From Anthoceros angustus (Eukaryota; Plantae; Anthocerotophyta), in contig VJWM01000192.1 of assembly GCA_010909165.1 (NCBI GenBank), positions 1 to 64,000 of the forward strand: a DNA stretch of 64,000 nucleotides, written 5' to 3'. The notes below the pieces were generated by a model, which did not search any database, was not told the DNA's origin, and saw only the letters and a program-made list of their open reading frames with translations. Positions 26,607 to 37,958 of this stretch are shown here, piece after piece. The translations under genes and the position numbers were made by a program. Each line of letters opens with the position of its first letter. Positions within the stretch are counted from its first letter, which is position 1.

Positions 26607-27366
26607 AATCAAGTCAACCAAGAACAACCTTTAGACTAAACCACATCCTTGTAGAGGTGAAAACCAAGCGTGGGATGAAAACAATCACTACTATTCAAGT
26701 TTTGAAAAGGGTGGAGACCCCATTAAAAGCGTTGAGCGTTTTTAGAGGACTTAACTTTCTCTCAAGGAGAAGCTCTTTTGCCCACCAAAATTTTCAAACC
26801 TCCTAGGAGCAAAGATTTGCATAGTACTAAATTGCAATCAAGAATGTAGGTCGCTAGAATGAAGGTGGCGAGATAGTCTAAAATCTTATGTGAAACGAGT
26901 CATGTCCATGCACACGATGTTTGATTTAACGTAAGCAAAAATCTTGTCACTAAAGGACGTGGACGGCGAAGGTCTTTTCAATCCATGAAGTCCATCGGCA
27001 AACCTTTAACTTTGCATGGTCGGAGTGTGCATGAGTGTAAGTGTTGGGAATGCGTGTTGGCGATCTTGGCCGTGGAATGCGATGCGGATGTATGGATGGG
27101 CGGGTCGGATGCATAGGATTCAAACATTGACGATTAATGGAGGGAGTCTCGGTCACGGCGGCTATGTCGACTATGTGCGACGCGACATACTCCTCACATC
27201 ATTCTTGGCACCCGGGGACAAACATTTGACCCCCTTGCTTCAACAAGCATAACAAATTTGGCCGTCATAATGCACACAGTCTATTGATACATTTAATTTT
27301 ACGTAGTGAGAAAAAGTCACTGACCATGCTGCATGCTAGTATGTGAGCCTGAAGCACACAGCTGAG

Positions 27367-28329
27367 CTATTTGATTGAAGGCAAGTTCACAGCGCATAAT
27401 CTAAGGCTCAATTCCTGAGCTCTTCCAAACAAAAATTCCCACTTTGCAAAACCATGCCGGTACTATAACGGATGCATGCGGACGCAAAAATCGTAAGTGC
27501 TCTTGAGCGTACTCACCGCCACATTACATGCGTCGGCAATGCTCTTGAGCGAGCCGCAGTTCCCTCGAGATCTTCGGACCATGTATATAACTCCGTGGTG
27601 GCCGTAGCTTCGGATGTCAATTTTTGTTTTCCGAGGGCACTCACGGCTTGAAAGACTCGCACTTTCCTTGCGCATTTCGAGCTGGAACAAAGCAGTCTTT
27701 GCAAAATCCTTGGGCGGATAGCTTTGGGCCGCCGCGGATTTCCTCGGGTCTGTGACTCGTCATGCAGCCCTCATTTCTAGGAGGTCCACCAACTTCCCAA
27801 CAACCCCTGGTCAAGGCTATAGCTGCAGTACCCAAAGCCTCGTAGATTTCTTGCATTGACCGAGGAGTCCTTTCTTCTTTACAAGCCACGTACATAGCGG
27901 CTGACCACACGTCTCTTCACAACTCCCTTTTCTCAAGACCCTCGCCTTCTTGTACAAGGAACTTGCCAATACTGCGTGTTGTGCACAATTCTCATTCTTT
28001 CTGCGAGCTCAAATCCTATCAAAGGCGGATATATCGTCATGAGTGGGAACCCGTGCATTCGTGTTCCGCGGTGTGGATGCAACCCATTTTTCCTTCTTTT
28101 GCGGATGCAAGTGGTTAGGCCAGCATGGTCGAGCAAGTCATCCGTGTCGTGGGGCGTCCACACGCTCCTTCTCCTCGTGCTCGGTGTCATTATCGAACTT
28201 CCTATATTCCAAGGTTTCGTCGATCTGACGTTCTTCTAACACTAGACCGCACCTGTCCTCATAAATCTCTCGGACACTCTGTCCTCATAAATCTCTCTTT
28301 ATCTTGCACTCTAGACATTTCAGCTCCAT
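27367..28329 (-). CDS. TFIIB-like protein, copy 2 (intronless, full length; frameshifts may be consensus errors, or this may be a pseudogene)
   Basis: N-terminal MELKCLECKI Zn ribbon, IDETLEYRKFDND, cyclin repeat 1 WSAAMYVACKEERTPRSMQEIYEAL, and cyclin repeat 2 VIYMV...SLKSIADACNVAVSTLKSTYDF. These parallel plant TFIIB AACLYIACRQEDKPRT and [20 protein letters not shown]. Confidence 0.75.
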
Positions 28330-28797
28330 ATTCTCGGTGTCTGAGATAATTAAAAAGTGGAATGTGTAGCCTTGAAATCGTTAACCCACGAGGGCTTTGG
28401 ACAATGAGTGACTAAGCACAATGATTGTTTTCAAACAAGAAAGGATTCCAGTGACCTTGAACCTTGACACCTTACGAGGGCTTGTCCAATGTTTATGAAT
28501 ATATGTAAGTCGCATCCCTCATTTATATACCCAAGTTTTCCTTGGCCCTTGGGAATCTTACGTGGAATTTTGCATCCGAAACCCCTAATTACCATGGGCC
28601 AAGGAACAATCATCCTTGGATTTCGTCATCCCTTTTTTCCCCTTAAATTCGCCCCACTTCCTTGAGGTTGATTCCGTCCTTGGACTTTGGCCTCACAAAT
28701 TTTTCCACAAAGTTCTTCTTTCTCGACGGACGCCAAGAGTCCGCTAGCCTACTTGCGCCGGACGCCGGAGTCTGCCGTCCTATTGGCGCACTCCGGC

Positions 28798-29587
28798 ACA
28801 CCCGCAAGGCCAAGATGCACGGAGTCCGGCCTACCCGCACGATCGAGCCTCCCACTCCCCAATGCGACGCTCTCGCCCACGGTTTAGGGTTATCGGGCCT
28901 ACCACTCCCGAGTGCGCCGTCTTTCGGCCCTCCGTGAGACTTCTCACCGGTGAGTGCACGATGGCGTCGTGCAATCCCGACCTCAGAATCGTGAAGCTTG
29001 AGAAACCGCTTTTAATTTTTGAAAGTGTTTCGTAGAAAGGGCCTATGTAAATTAGCCTACTTGTACCAAATATCAAAGGCTATCGCAGTCAAGCTATGTT
29101 GGAGCTTGAAATGACAACTTGCATGCAGAGAAGGAAAACTGAAGTCAACCAAGAGCAACCTTTAGAATAAACCACATCCTTGTAGAGGCAGGTGAAAACC
29201 AAGCGTGGGATGAAAACAATCACTACTATTCGAAGTTTTGAAAAGGATGGAGACCCCATTAAAAGCGTTGAGCGTTTTTTTAGAGGACTTAGCTTTCTCT
29301 GAAGGAGAAGCTCTTTTGCCCACCAAAATTTTCAAACCTCCTAGGAGCAAAGATTTGCATAGTACTAAATTGCAATCAAGAATGTAGGTCACTAGAATGA
29401 AGGTGGCAGATAGTCTAAAATCTTATGTGAAACGAGTCATGTTTATGCACACGATGTTTGATTTAACGTAAGCAAAAATCTTGTCACTAAAGGACGTGGA
29501 CGACGAAGGTATTTTTCCAATCCATGAAGTCCATCGGCGGCAAACCTTTAACTTTGCATGGTCGGGAGTGTGCATGAGTGTAAGTGT
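28798..29587 (+). repeat. Upstream segment of the TFIIB tandem unit (other copies at 26266-27045 and, partial, 24634-24960)
   Basis: Near-identical sequence from CCGCAAGGCCAAGATGCA to GCATGAGTGTAAGTGTT. Confidence 0.85.
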
Positions 29588-29871
29588 TACTTCAGACAGC
29601 GAGTCTCTATTGCCCTTAAAAGGGCCCGCTCGACGGTAATCCTTTAGAAGGCGGCGACAGCAGGTGACACTTCTTCCTCGTCTGCTGTGGTTTGTAGGCC
29701 ATTTGCTCTTCCTGCATGTGATGTTTTGGGAGCAGTAGGTATCTTTAGGTAGGGAGCTTAGCCCCTCCTTTTCATCTTGACCCTTGGGGTGTTCCTTGAT
29801 TGTTCCTTGCTAGATGGGCTTTTTCCCATCATTTTTTCCTTAAATAAAATATACTTACGGGATAAAAAAAA
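29588..29871 (+). mobile_element. Possible 5'-truncated LINE 3' end
   Basis: Starts exactly where the repeat similarity stops. It is T-rich and UTR-like, ending in AATAAA followed by a short poly(A). Confidence 0.35.
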
Positions 29872-30746
29872 GAAATAAAAATCTCCACTCTCCAAGACTG
29901 AATTAATAATCAAATATATAAATTAAATTAAAATATATAAATTAAATAAACCCTAAAAATTATATAAATAATATATTAATATATATAAATTTATATAAAT
30001 ATTTAAGTAATATATAAAATTTTATGATAAGGATGGCTTTTAGAAGAGGAAAGGAATTTTATTTAAGTCCACTAAGGACGAATTTCCATCATGGACTGAA
30101 ATATGATAATTATATATATTATATTAAAATAATCTAAATAAATATAAGGATAAAATTCAAACAAGACAAACAATCTTCAATCAATCAACAATGTGAATGA
30201 AAATGCGTGTGCTGTAGAGCTCCCCTAGTTCCGCATGCCATGTTCTTACTTTATGTATGCGCCACGGCTATTTTGCGCACCGGTAAAAACTAAAACCCTG
30301 GATAGTCCAAGGGGAGTATAGGTATGATAGAACATCCCAATCCCAAGGCGGAAAGTAATTTGTACGTAACTGCAATATGTGAAGCTTGTTTAGTGGTGGA
30401 AGCAAGATCCCATACTTCTGCTGTTCCTGGGAGCCTTCTGTCATGAATACCCTGTCATTGCCATATCGATGGTCCGCATTCCATGATCGGCAGCCAGGTT
30501 GGGGCCAGTGTGCAGACCAAGGCTATGAAGGTGCTTGTCCAGCTGAGTCTGTGGACACCAGGTATCTGACACAGGCAAACAGGCCATCGTCTGGGCTTGG
30601 TGCCACAGATTTCTTGAATCTGGCCTGAATTGTGCAGGATTAGGTCACCGCATATCGGAGAATCGGTAGGGAAGGGAGCAAGGCACAGCCAGGAGCAGGG
30701 CCGAGGCGGAGGCACTTTTAGGTTTGACGGCCCATGATTGTCGGCA

Positions 30747-33113
30747 ATGGCTTTCAGGAGGCTAGGCTCGCAGACCTGTAGACGGATTAGCAGACGGCCT
30801 CTTCAATCCTTCTCCTTCTCCGATGTGTTTGCTTTCGCTGGATCCGTTCCAGGCGCAGCGGAGGAGGCTGCTGCCGTGTCTAGTTCCCACGTGCTGGAAT
30901 CGGCCTTCCAATGCACACGCTCGCGGTGGGTCATTTGGAGGTCGCATTGCGGACCTGCATTGTCTGACAGCGGGTCCAGGGAGAAGGACAGCCAGGTCCA
31001 GGAGGAGGCGGAGGGTAAGTTCGTGAGGAACTTGGACAGGGAATTTGGTTTTGCGGGAAAACGGTATGGAGCTTGGAGGAGCTTTCCTGTGGCGGAGGGG
31101 TTGGGATCTGCCAGGTTCGGTGGGAACATGAGGTGGTTTTCGTCTTCGACAAGAGTTTATGACCAAGCTCTTCAAACCGCGGTCTCGCATGCCACTGCAG
31201 CAGGCTACAAAGATGAGGAGGAAAAGGATGTGCCTAAAGTCCGGAAGGCTGAGGCATCAGCTGAAGAGTGTGATCAAGCTGTGGTCGGGCTCACTTCTGC
31301 ATCTGCCAAGGCTAAAATGAAGCAATCTCAGGAGCCTCCTAAGAAGAACGACATTGGAATGGCGCGGAAGTTCTGGAACATGATTCTTGGGATCGGCCCT
31401 GCGCTGAGAGCAGTTGCGTCCATGAGCAGGCAGGACTGGGCAATCAAAATCTCGGGGTGGAGGAAAGCTTTCTGGGCGGAACTGCAGCATTACTGGGTGG
31501 GAACCAAGCTGCTTTGGGCGGATGTAAGGATTTGCGTGCGTCTTCTTTCAAAGTTGGCCGCTGGGAAAAGCCTGTCTCGCCGAGAGAGGCAGCAGCTTAC
31601 CCGCACCACTGCAGACATCTTTCGGCTTGTGCCTTTTGCTGTTTTTATCATTGTCCCGTTCATGGAGCTGTTGTTGCCCGTGTTCCTGAAATTGTTTCCA
31701 AATATGCTGCCATCAACATTCCAAGACAAGATGAAGGAGCAGGAGGAACTGAAGAAGAGGCTGAATGCCAGGATACAGTATGCAAAGTTCTTGCAGGAGA
31801 CTGTAGGGGAAATGGCAAAGGAGTTGAAAACGTCAAGAACTGGGGACCTGCAAAGGTCTGCCAAGGACTTGGATGAGTTCATGAGCAAAGTAAGGAAGGG
31901 AGTTGATGTGAAGAATGAAGAGATTTTAGGTTTCGCCAAGCTCTTCAACGATGAACTGACGTTGGACAACATCAGCAGGCCTAGACTTGTGAGCATGTGC
32001 AAGTACATGGGCATACAACCTTATGGAACTGATGCTTACCTTCGCTTCAGCCTACGCACAAAGCTTTCCGGGATCAAGGCAGATGACAAAATGATTCAGC
32101 AGGAGGGTGTGGAGTCGCTGTCAGAGTCAGAACTCAGGGCTGCTTGCAGGGAAAGAGGAATGTTGGGCCTGGTTTCTGTTTCTGAGATGCGGCAACAGCT
32201 ACGAGATTGGCTGGACCTATCTTTAAATCACTCTGTTCCTTCATCTCTTCTCATTCTCTCAAGGTCCTTTGTAGTCACAGGAAGGATAAGCCGTGAGGAT
32301 GCTATTGAAGCAGCACTGTCCTCTCTTCCTGAGGAGGTGGTTGACTCCGTGCAAGCCACAGTTCCCAGTGAGGATGCTTTGGCTGATGCCAAGCGAAAGC
32401 TGGAATTGTTGCATGAACAAGAGAAGCTCATCAAAGAAGAGGCGGCCAAGGAGTTAGAGCAACAGAAGCACCTCAAACCAGAGGTCAGTGAGCGTCTACG
32501 GCAAGAGGTTGATGTCACGAGTGCAAAGGATGCTCGGGAAAAGGCGAAGCTCAAGGCTGAAGAGAAGCAGGAGCAGTTGTGCAAGATCAGTAGTGCCCTT
32601 GCTGTACTGGCATCGGCATCCTCTGTGAGCAAGGAGCGTGCAGACTTTTTGAACCTCGTCAACAAAGAGATCCAGCTGTACAACAGCATGGTAGAGAAGG
32701 AAGGTACCAAAGATGAGGAGGATGCGCGGAGAGCCTATCATGCTGCCAGAGAGGACAGTGACCATGCAGCAGAAGTTGCATCTGGCTCCAAGGTGTCGGC
32801 TGCCCTTGTTAGTCGAATTGATGCTATGCTTCACAAACTAGAGAAGGACCTGGACGAAGTTGATGCCAAGATCGGCGATCGGTGGCGAGTACTTGATAGG
32901 GATTCTGACGGGAAGGTGACTCCAGAAGAAGTTGCAACAGCTGCCATGTTTTTGAAGGACACCCTGGGTCAGGAGCCAGTACAAGAACTTATCAGCAATT
33001 TGGCCAAAGATCCGGAGGGTAAGATCCTTGTCGAGGACATAGTCAAGCTGGGTGCTGCAGCGGATTTGAAGGACGTGGCCGAACAAGAAGTGTTACGTCA
33101 CCATTTCTCTTAG
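30747..33113 (+). CDS. LETM1: Mitochondrial LETM1/EF-hand domain protein (proton/calcium exchanger), single exon
   Basis: 788-aa ORF with HYWVGTKLLWAD, LSRRERQQLTRTTADIFRLVPF, FPNMLPSTF, LTLDNISRPRL and the EF-hand LDRDSDGKVTPEE. The N-terminus looks like a mitochondrial presequence. Confidence 0.95.
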   Translation: MAFRRLGSQTCRRISRRPLQSFSFSDVFAFAGSVPGAAEEAAAVSSSHVLESAFQCTRSRWVIWRSHCGPALSDSGSREKDSQVQEEAEGKFVRNLDREFGFAGKRYGAWRSFPVAEGLGSARFGGNMRWFSSSTRVYDQALQTAVSHATAAGYKDEEEKDVPKVRKAEASAEECDQAVVGLTSASAKAKMKQSQEPPKKNDIGMARKFWNMILGIGPALRAVASMSRQDWAIKISGWRKAFWAELQHYWVGTKLLWADVRICVRLLSKLAAGKSLSRRERQQLTRTTADIFRLVPFAVFIIVPFMELLLPVFLKLFPNMLPSTFQDKMKEQEELKKRLNARIQYAKFLQETVGEMAKELKTSRTGDLQRSAKDLDEFMSKVRKGVDVKNEEILGFAKLFNDELTLDNISRPRLVSMCKYMGIQPYGTDAYLRFSLRTKLSGIKADDKMIQQEGVESLSESELRAACRERGMLGLVSVSEMRQQLRDWLDLSLNHSVPSSLLILSRSFVVTGRISREDAIEAALSSLPEEVVDSVQATVPSEDALADAKRKLELLHEQEKLIKEEAAKELEQQKHLKPEVSERLRQEVDVTSAKDAREKAKLKAEEKQEQLCKISSALAVLASASSVSKERADFLNLVNKEIQLYNSMVEKEGTKDEEDARRAYHAAREDSDHAAEVASGSKVSAALVSRIDAMLHKLEKDLDEVDAKIGDRWRVLDRDSDGKVTPEEVATAAMFLKDTLGQEPVQELISNLAKDPEGKILVEDIVKLGAAADLKDVAEQEVLRHHFS

Positions 33114-33426
33114 TTTCATCTGTGTATGAACAATTGTGTTGCGAGCACTTTGCATCCTGCTCCAATTATTACGGACACTTCTTCTGTGGGCTTATCCGCA
33201 AGTCAATTGTATTGGTAAGAGATCATTCCTTAGTTCATTGGATGTGATCCACCAGGACGGACATGCCGCCCACCTTGCCCCTAGCGCTACCCGTTCGGCG
33301 CCTCTCTCGGCTAACAAACCGACCGGATGCAACAAACGGAAGGCCTTAAATGTGAGTGCGATGCCATATACTGAGACGCAAAATGTGAATGTGAACGACT
33401 GTAACAGTTCCTGAAATCCCGGCAGC

Positions 33427-35260
33427 CTAAGATCCTCCAACCTTTACGGGGAACAATAACAAGCCTAGCAAGATTGTTGTCAGAGGGACAGTGACGTTGT
33501 CGTCGTACTTGGTCGTTAACGGGAGGGACTCAACGATAGTGGCCGCAAGGGCAATTGCAGCCACCTTGGGAAAGGCCTCAACCACGTCCAGCTGGAAGAA
33601 GCCCCAGGCGGAGAAGTACCACAGAAACCTGGGACAAAAACATGTAGGTGAACAGTCGGAGTTGAAGAAACAGAGAACCAATCTTCACTTGCAGCAGAAA
33701 CCGTCGTCATCCAGCAGTAGCAAGAAGGATTCCCACACTTACCCCACAGAAACCAGGAAGCCGAAAGAGCACATGGCCAAGCTCCCAGCCCAGCTTTTAT
33801 CTGCGTTGTATGGAAGCTTGAGTCCCCCGTATCGTCGACCCACTATGTCTGCAACACCTGCAAGATTGGAAGCAGGCTACCAATGTAAAACAATGGAGGT
33901 GGAGAGCATGTGTGCATGCAGAAACCGCGGTTAAGAGTCCACAAGTGTTACCATCCCCGCCGCACATCATTGCCAGGGAAATCACGCCGATGGGCGAGTC
34001 TCTCCAGAATAAAATGGTGCTGACCGTCAGGACGATCAGGTAGTAGAAGGGACCCCGCAGCAGTTCTCTGCACCCAAGAACATCCACCTCCACTCAGTGC
34101 CTGACCTGCTGGGCCAAAGAGTAGTCAGGGATGACAAAGCTTTCGTTGCTCCACTCAGGCCAAGGCTTGCAAGAGCATGCCGAGCTCATATTGCCCAGAG
34201 ACTTACTTCGGGTCTCCTTCTCGGCTCATGGAGGCCACAAGACTCTCATTTGCTTGAATCCCCACGGCAGCGACGAGGAATCTCACGATGTTGACAAGGG
34301 GGACCAGTGCTGCAGTGTACCGAGCTCCTGGAGACAAACTAGTAGAGACGACGCACAGACTGTGTGAGGCCAAGTTCGTCCCCTCTGCCGAAAGAGCTAC
34401 TACAAGAACCATGACATGATGAGCACAGCACCTGAAGAGAGGCCAACATGCCAGGTAAAGGAGGCCTGATGAGATGTGCACTAGCTTTCTGCTCAGCTTC
34501 TGTCACACAGCAAGCAACTGTCTCAGACCATGCACGCATGCACATGAACATGCAGTGACTTGGAGACACGGCTGGCTCCTGGCACCCTCAAACCACCACC
34601 AACACGTACTCGCTCAACGATCTTCCGCTGGCCAAGGAATCCGAAGATCTTCACCCACACAACCGCTCCCACCAGAACCAGCCCCATAGCGCCCAAGTCC
34701 TGCGGGAGGTCAGAGAATTGAAAATGCGGCTCCGCAGACACTATCTCCCGCCACTCCTGCTGCACCGAGGCCTGTTGCCCGCTGCTGCACTGCGGCCTGG
34801 CCACACGTCCCGTCCCAGCGGCATTTTCCTTCCGAAGACCCCAACAGCCGCCGGCTCTCCCCTTCTTCCACCCCGCTGTCTGGAATCCTCCTCCAGCCGA
34901 AGCCACCAAGCTCCTGAATTGGCGCCAGCTGCTCCCATTATCCTGGAGCCTACAATCTTCCACTCCACACAGCTCCGCGAACGCAGCCCTGCAGCATTCC
35001 GCGCAGCCCAAGGCAGAGGAATCCACCCAACCCCACCGGCGAGGGCGCGGGAGCTCCGGAAACACCCACCACTGAGGAACAACAGCTCGTGACCGGGCCT
35101 GCAGCACACGTCGTTGCGGGAGAGGAACAGCAACAGATTTCAACGACTGCTGCGCACACGACCAGCACGAGGGACCAGGAAGAGGCACAGCGTCGTGGCA
35201 CATCTTGAGCTGAGGAGACGGCAACGAGAGACGGTTGGAGGCCAGGAAGCTGGCGGCCAT
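33427..35260 (-). CDS. VTE5: Phytol kinase, plastid (multi-exon)
   Basis: KLSRKLVHISSGL, ARYTAALVPLVN, ELLRGPFYY, SPIGVISLAMMCGGDG, KSWAGS and VESLP..DDNVTVPL, with a long transit-peptide-like N-terminus. Confidence 0.88.
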
Positions 35261-35452
35261 AGCTACTGAGCTCTCTTTGCATTAATCTTATCTTTTACTC
35301 ATCCTGTTCATCGGTTGAGTATGTACTGCTTTGCATCTTACCCGTCTCTCGTTTCCGCCTGATCCGTGCCTCCGACACCGCCCATTTCCTCCTAACTTTC
35401 AGATGCATTTTCCTCGCACAGTACGGAAGAGCAGGACACAGATGTTTCAAGA

Positions 35453-37360
35453 TTATACAGTTAGCTGCAGAGACTGCTTTTCAGACTGGAGATTGAGGTT
35501 CTTCATCCTCAAGTAAGCTTTCATGAAGCCGTCCAGGTCCCCGTCCATGATGGCTTGCACGTCTGAAGTCTCTACACCTGTTCGCAGATCCTTCACTAGC
35601 TTGTAGGGGTGGAATACATAGTTTCTGATTTGCTGGCCCCATTCTGCTTTGACAACGTCCCCCCTTATTTCTTTTATCTCTGTGGCTCTCTGCTCTTCTG
35701 CTATGACGAGCAACTTTGCCTTCAAGTACGCCAGGGCTTTAGCCTTGTTTTGCAGCTGGCTTCGCTCCTCTGAAAAGAAGGAGCAGGCATTGCGTTAGGT
35801 GGGGGTGGTAGGTGTGCAAGGGTGGGATAGGGAGGGCGGTGGTGAGCCAGGAGAGACACAAACCTGTACAGCGCACTGAAATGCCGGTAGGAATGTGTGT
35901 GATCCGAACCGCAGTTTCGACTTTGTTCACGTTCTGCCCTCCTTTTCCTCCTGCTCTGGATGTGCTGATCTCGAGGTCGGTCTCAGGAATGTCTACTTTG
36001 AGGGACTCCTCCTCGATAAGAGGCATGACTTCCACTCCTGCAAAGCTTGTCTAGAGAAGTGGCACAGAAGTCAGCATCTCAAGAACGTTTTCTCTGGTAT
36101 GTCTTTGATATGGAGAGAGTGTACCTGCCGCAGACCCTTAGCATTGAAGGGAGACTGTCGAACTAGCCGATGAGTCCCTTTCTCGCTCGACAGGTAACCG
36201 TAAGCAAAACGACCATCCAGTTCTAAGGTGGCAGACTTGATTCCAGCTTCTTCGCCTTCCGAGCTCTCGACTATCCTTGTTTTGAAGCCCTGTTTGTCCC
36301 CCCACCGAGTGTACATGCGGAGGAGCATCTGTGCCCAATCCTGCACTGCAACAAACGGGAAGCATTCAAGTTAGTCACGACCCCAGTATTTGTCAAGGTG
36401 CTGCTTACATCCAAGGAACTTCACCACATTCAGGGACATCAAGGAAGGAGAGGCAACATGAACAGGAACCTGGGCATCAGTCCCTCCTGCTCCAGCAGAG
36501 ATGTACAGGCGAGCTCCCTTCTTGTCATACTGACCACAGAGGAGCTTCGTTAACTCATAACGATCAATACCAGACCTCAGCCATTCCACTATTTGTGCTG
36601 CCTCTTCCAGGAGTGAAGCATCTGCGGACTCCACTTCGTCCAGGAGCTGCATGATCATTTGTGCATCATCCATCTGCAAGCCCAAGGTGTCTCAGTGAGC
36701 AACCACCAGAGCAGACCCCTACCATGGTGTGACTGCGCGCTCACAAGCATCCCACCTTGCTCCTGAAGGCTTTCAGAGTCCCAATATCATCCTTCAAGTC
36801 CCCAAGTGTTGACAGGAGCTGCTGCGCTTTGGCAGGGTCATCCCACAGACTTTCCTCGGCCGCTCGTTGCTCGAGGTCAGCTAAAGTGGCCTCCTGCTGA
36901 GCTAGTCCAGATGACGCCAGGATGGCCTCCACTCGAGAAGCAGCATCTTCCACGTCCTTTCTGATGCTGTAGAATTCTGACCCACACAGAGGACAACATT
37001 TCAGCACTTCATCAATCCATGTTGCTCACAGCCTAGCAGCAACAAGAGCAAAGTAAGGAGCTGACCTAGCTCACGTCCAGATCCTGTGGCTGTTTCCCCT
37101 GTCGCGGTTGACCTGGGCCGGCCAATTCTATTCGACCCATATCCATGGTTGCTGCATGAACACGCTGCACCCACCACAGGCGTGGAGATTCGACCATTCC
37201 CATAAGTTAGTCTGTCACAGGCCTCCGCACATTGTACGAAAACGCGTTGAACGTTGCTGCCAGTAATTACAGCGCAAGGAGAATATTGCAGTTTGAACAC
37301 GACTGGGGCGTGTCTGCAGGGGGACGTGGGAGCGCCGAGCACAGAGAATGACCCCAACAT
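35453..37360 (-). CDS. PrfB1: Plastid peptide chain release factor 2 (multi-exon; start codon uncertain)
   Basis: [26 protein letters not shown] (SPF motif), [19 protein letters not shown] (GGQ motif) and [18 protein letters not shown]. Confidence 0.93.
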
Positions 37361-37466
37361 GAGCACAATTTTGCAATTCTCACAATGGACTGACTGATAC
37401 CAGAGAGACCTACGCAAGATCGAACAGCGTAGCGTCCTTGACAAAGATTGTATGCTAGATCAGCTA

Positions 37467-37475
37467 AAACCCTAA
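37467..37475 (+). promoter_or_regulatory. Telo-box (AAACCCTAA) in the ~600-bp divergent PrfB1/ABCD promoter
   Basis: Exact motif between head-to-head genes. Telo-boxes are common at translation-related genes. Confidence 0.35.
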
Positions 37476-37958
37476 GGGAAAAGAGTAAAAGAGAGAGAAC
37501 GGACCTGCCGAGATGCGCAACTGTGTTGGATTGGTGGAGTGGACCACCTGTGGAGGGGACCACAATCAGGCATCTGGACCTAGAGTCACAGTATATGTCT
37601 GCGCAGGATGGCGTCTTCACTCACACATTGCCTGTCCACAGCTGGAAACGAAGGGGGAAGAGGATTTCAACGAGAACACCGTTCGCCCCCAGTGAGTTAC
37701 GATGGGGAATTCAGCGGCTGATGGCTCATGAGATGACTCTTTTGGTGCAGGACTCGTTCCACCGGAGAATTCATTGATTGGATGAGGATCTGTGATAGCT
37801 CATCACAAGAAAATCTCATGAGCATGTGCTCAATTTGGCAATGTTAGCACCGTTTTCACTTCCTAGTCGGACAATTGCAGACTATGAGGCCAGCTCAATG
37901 AACAGGCACAAGTGATTTTCGCAGGGGAATCTACTGGGCAGCCACTGGGGCAGGTGAA

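Noticed and set aside
3409-29587. Dating the insertion from LTR divergence, or calling programmed frameshifts
   Set aside because: Pervasive small indels confined to the repeats look like unpolished consensus error and cannot be interpreted.
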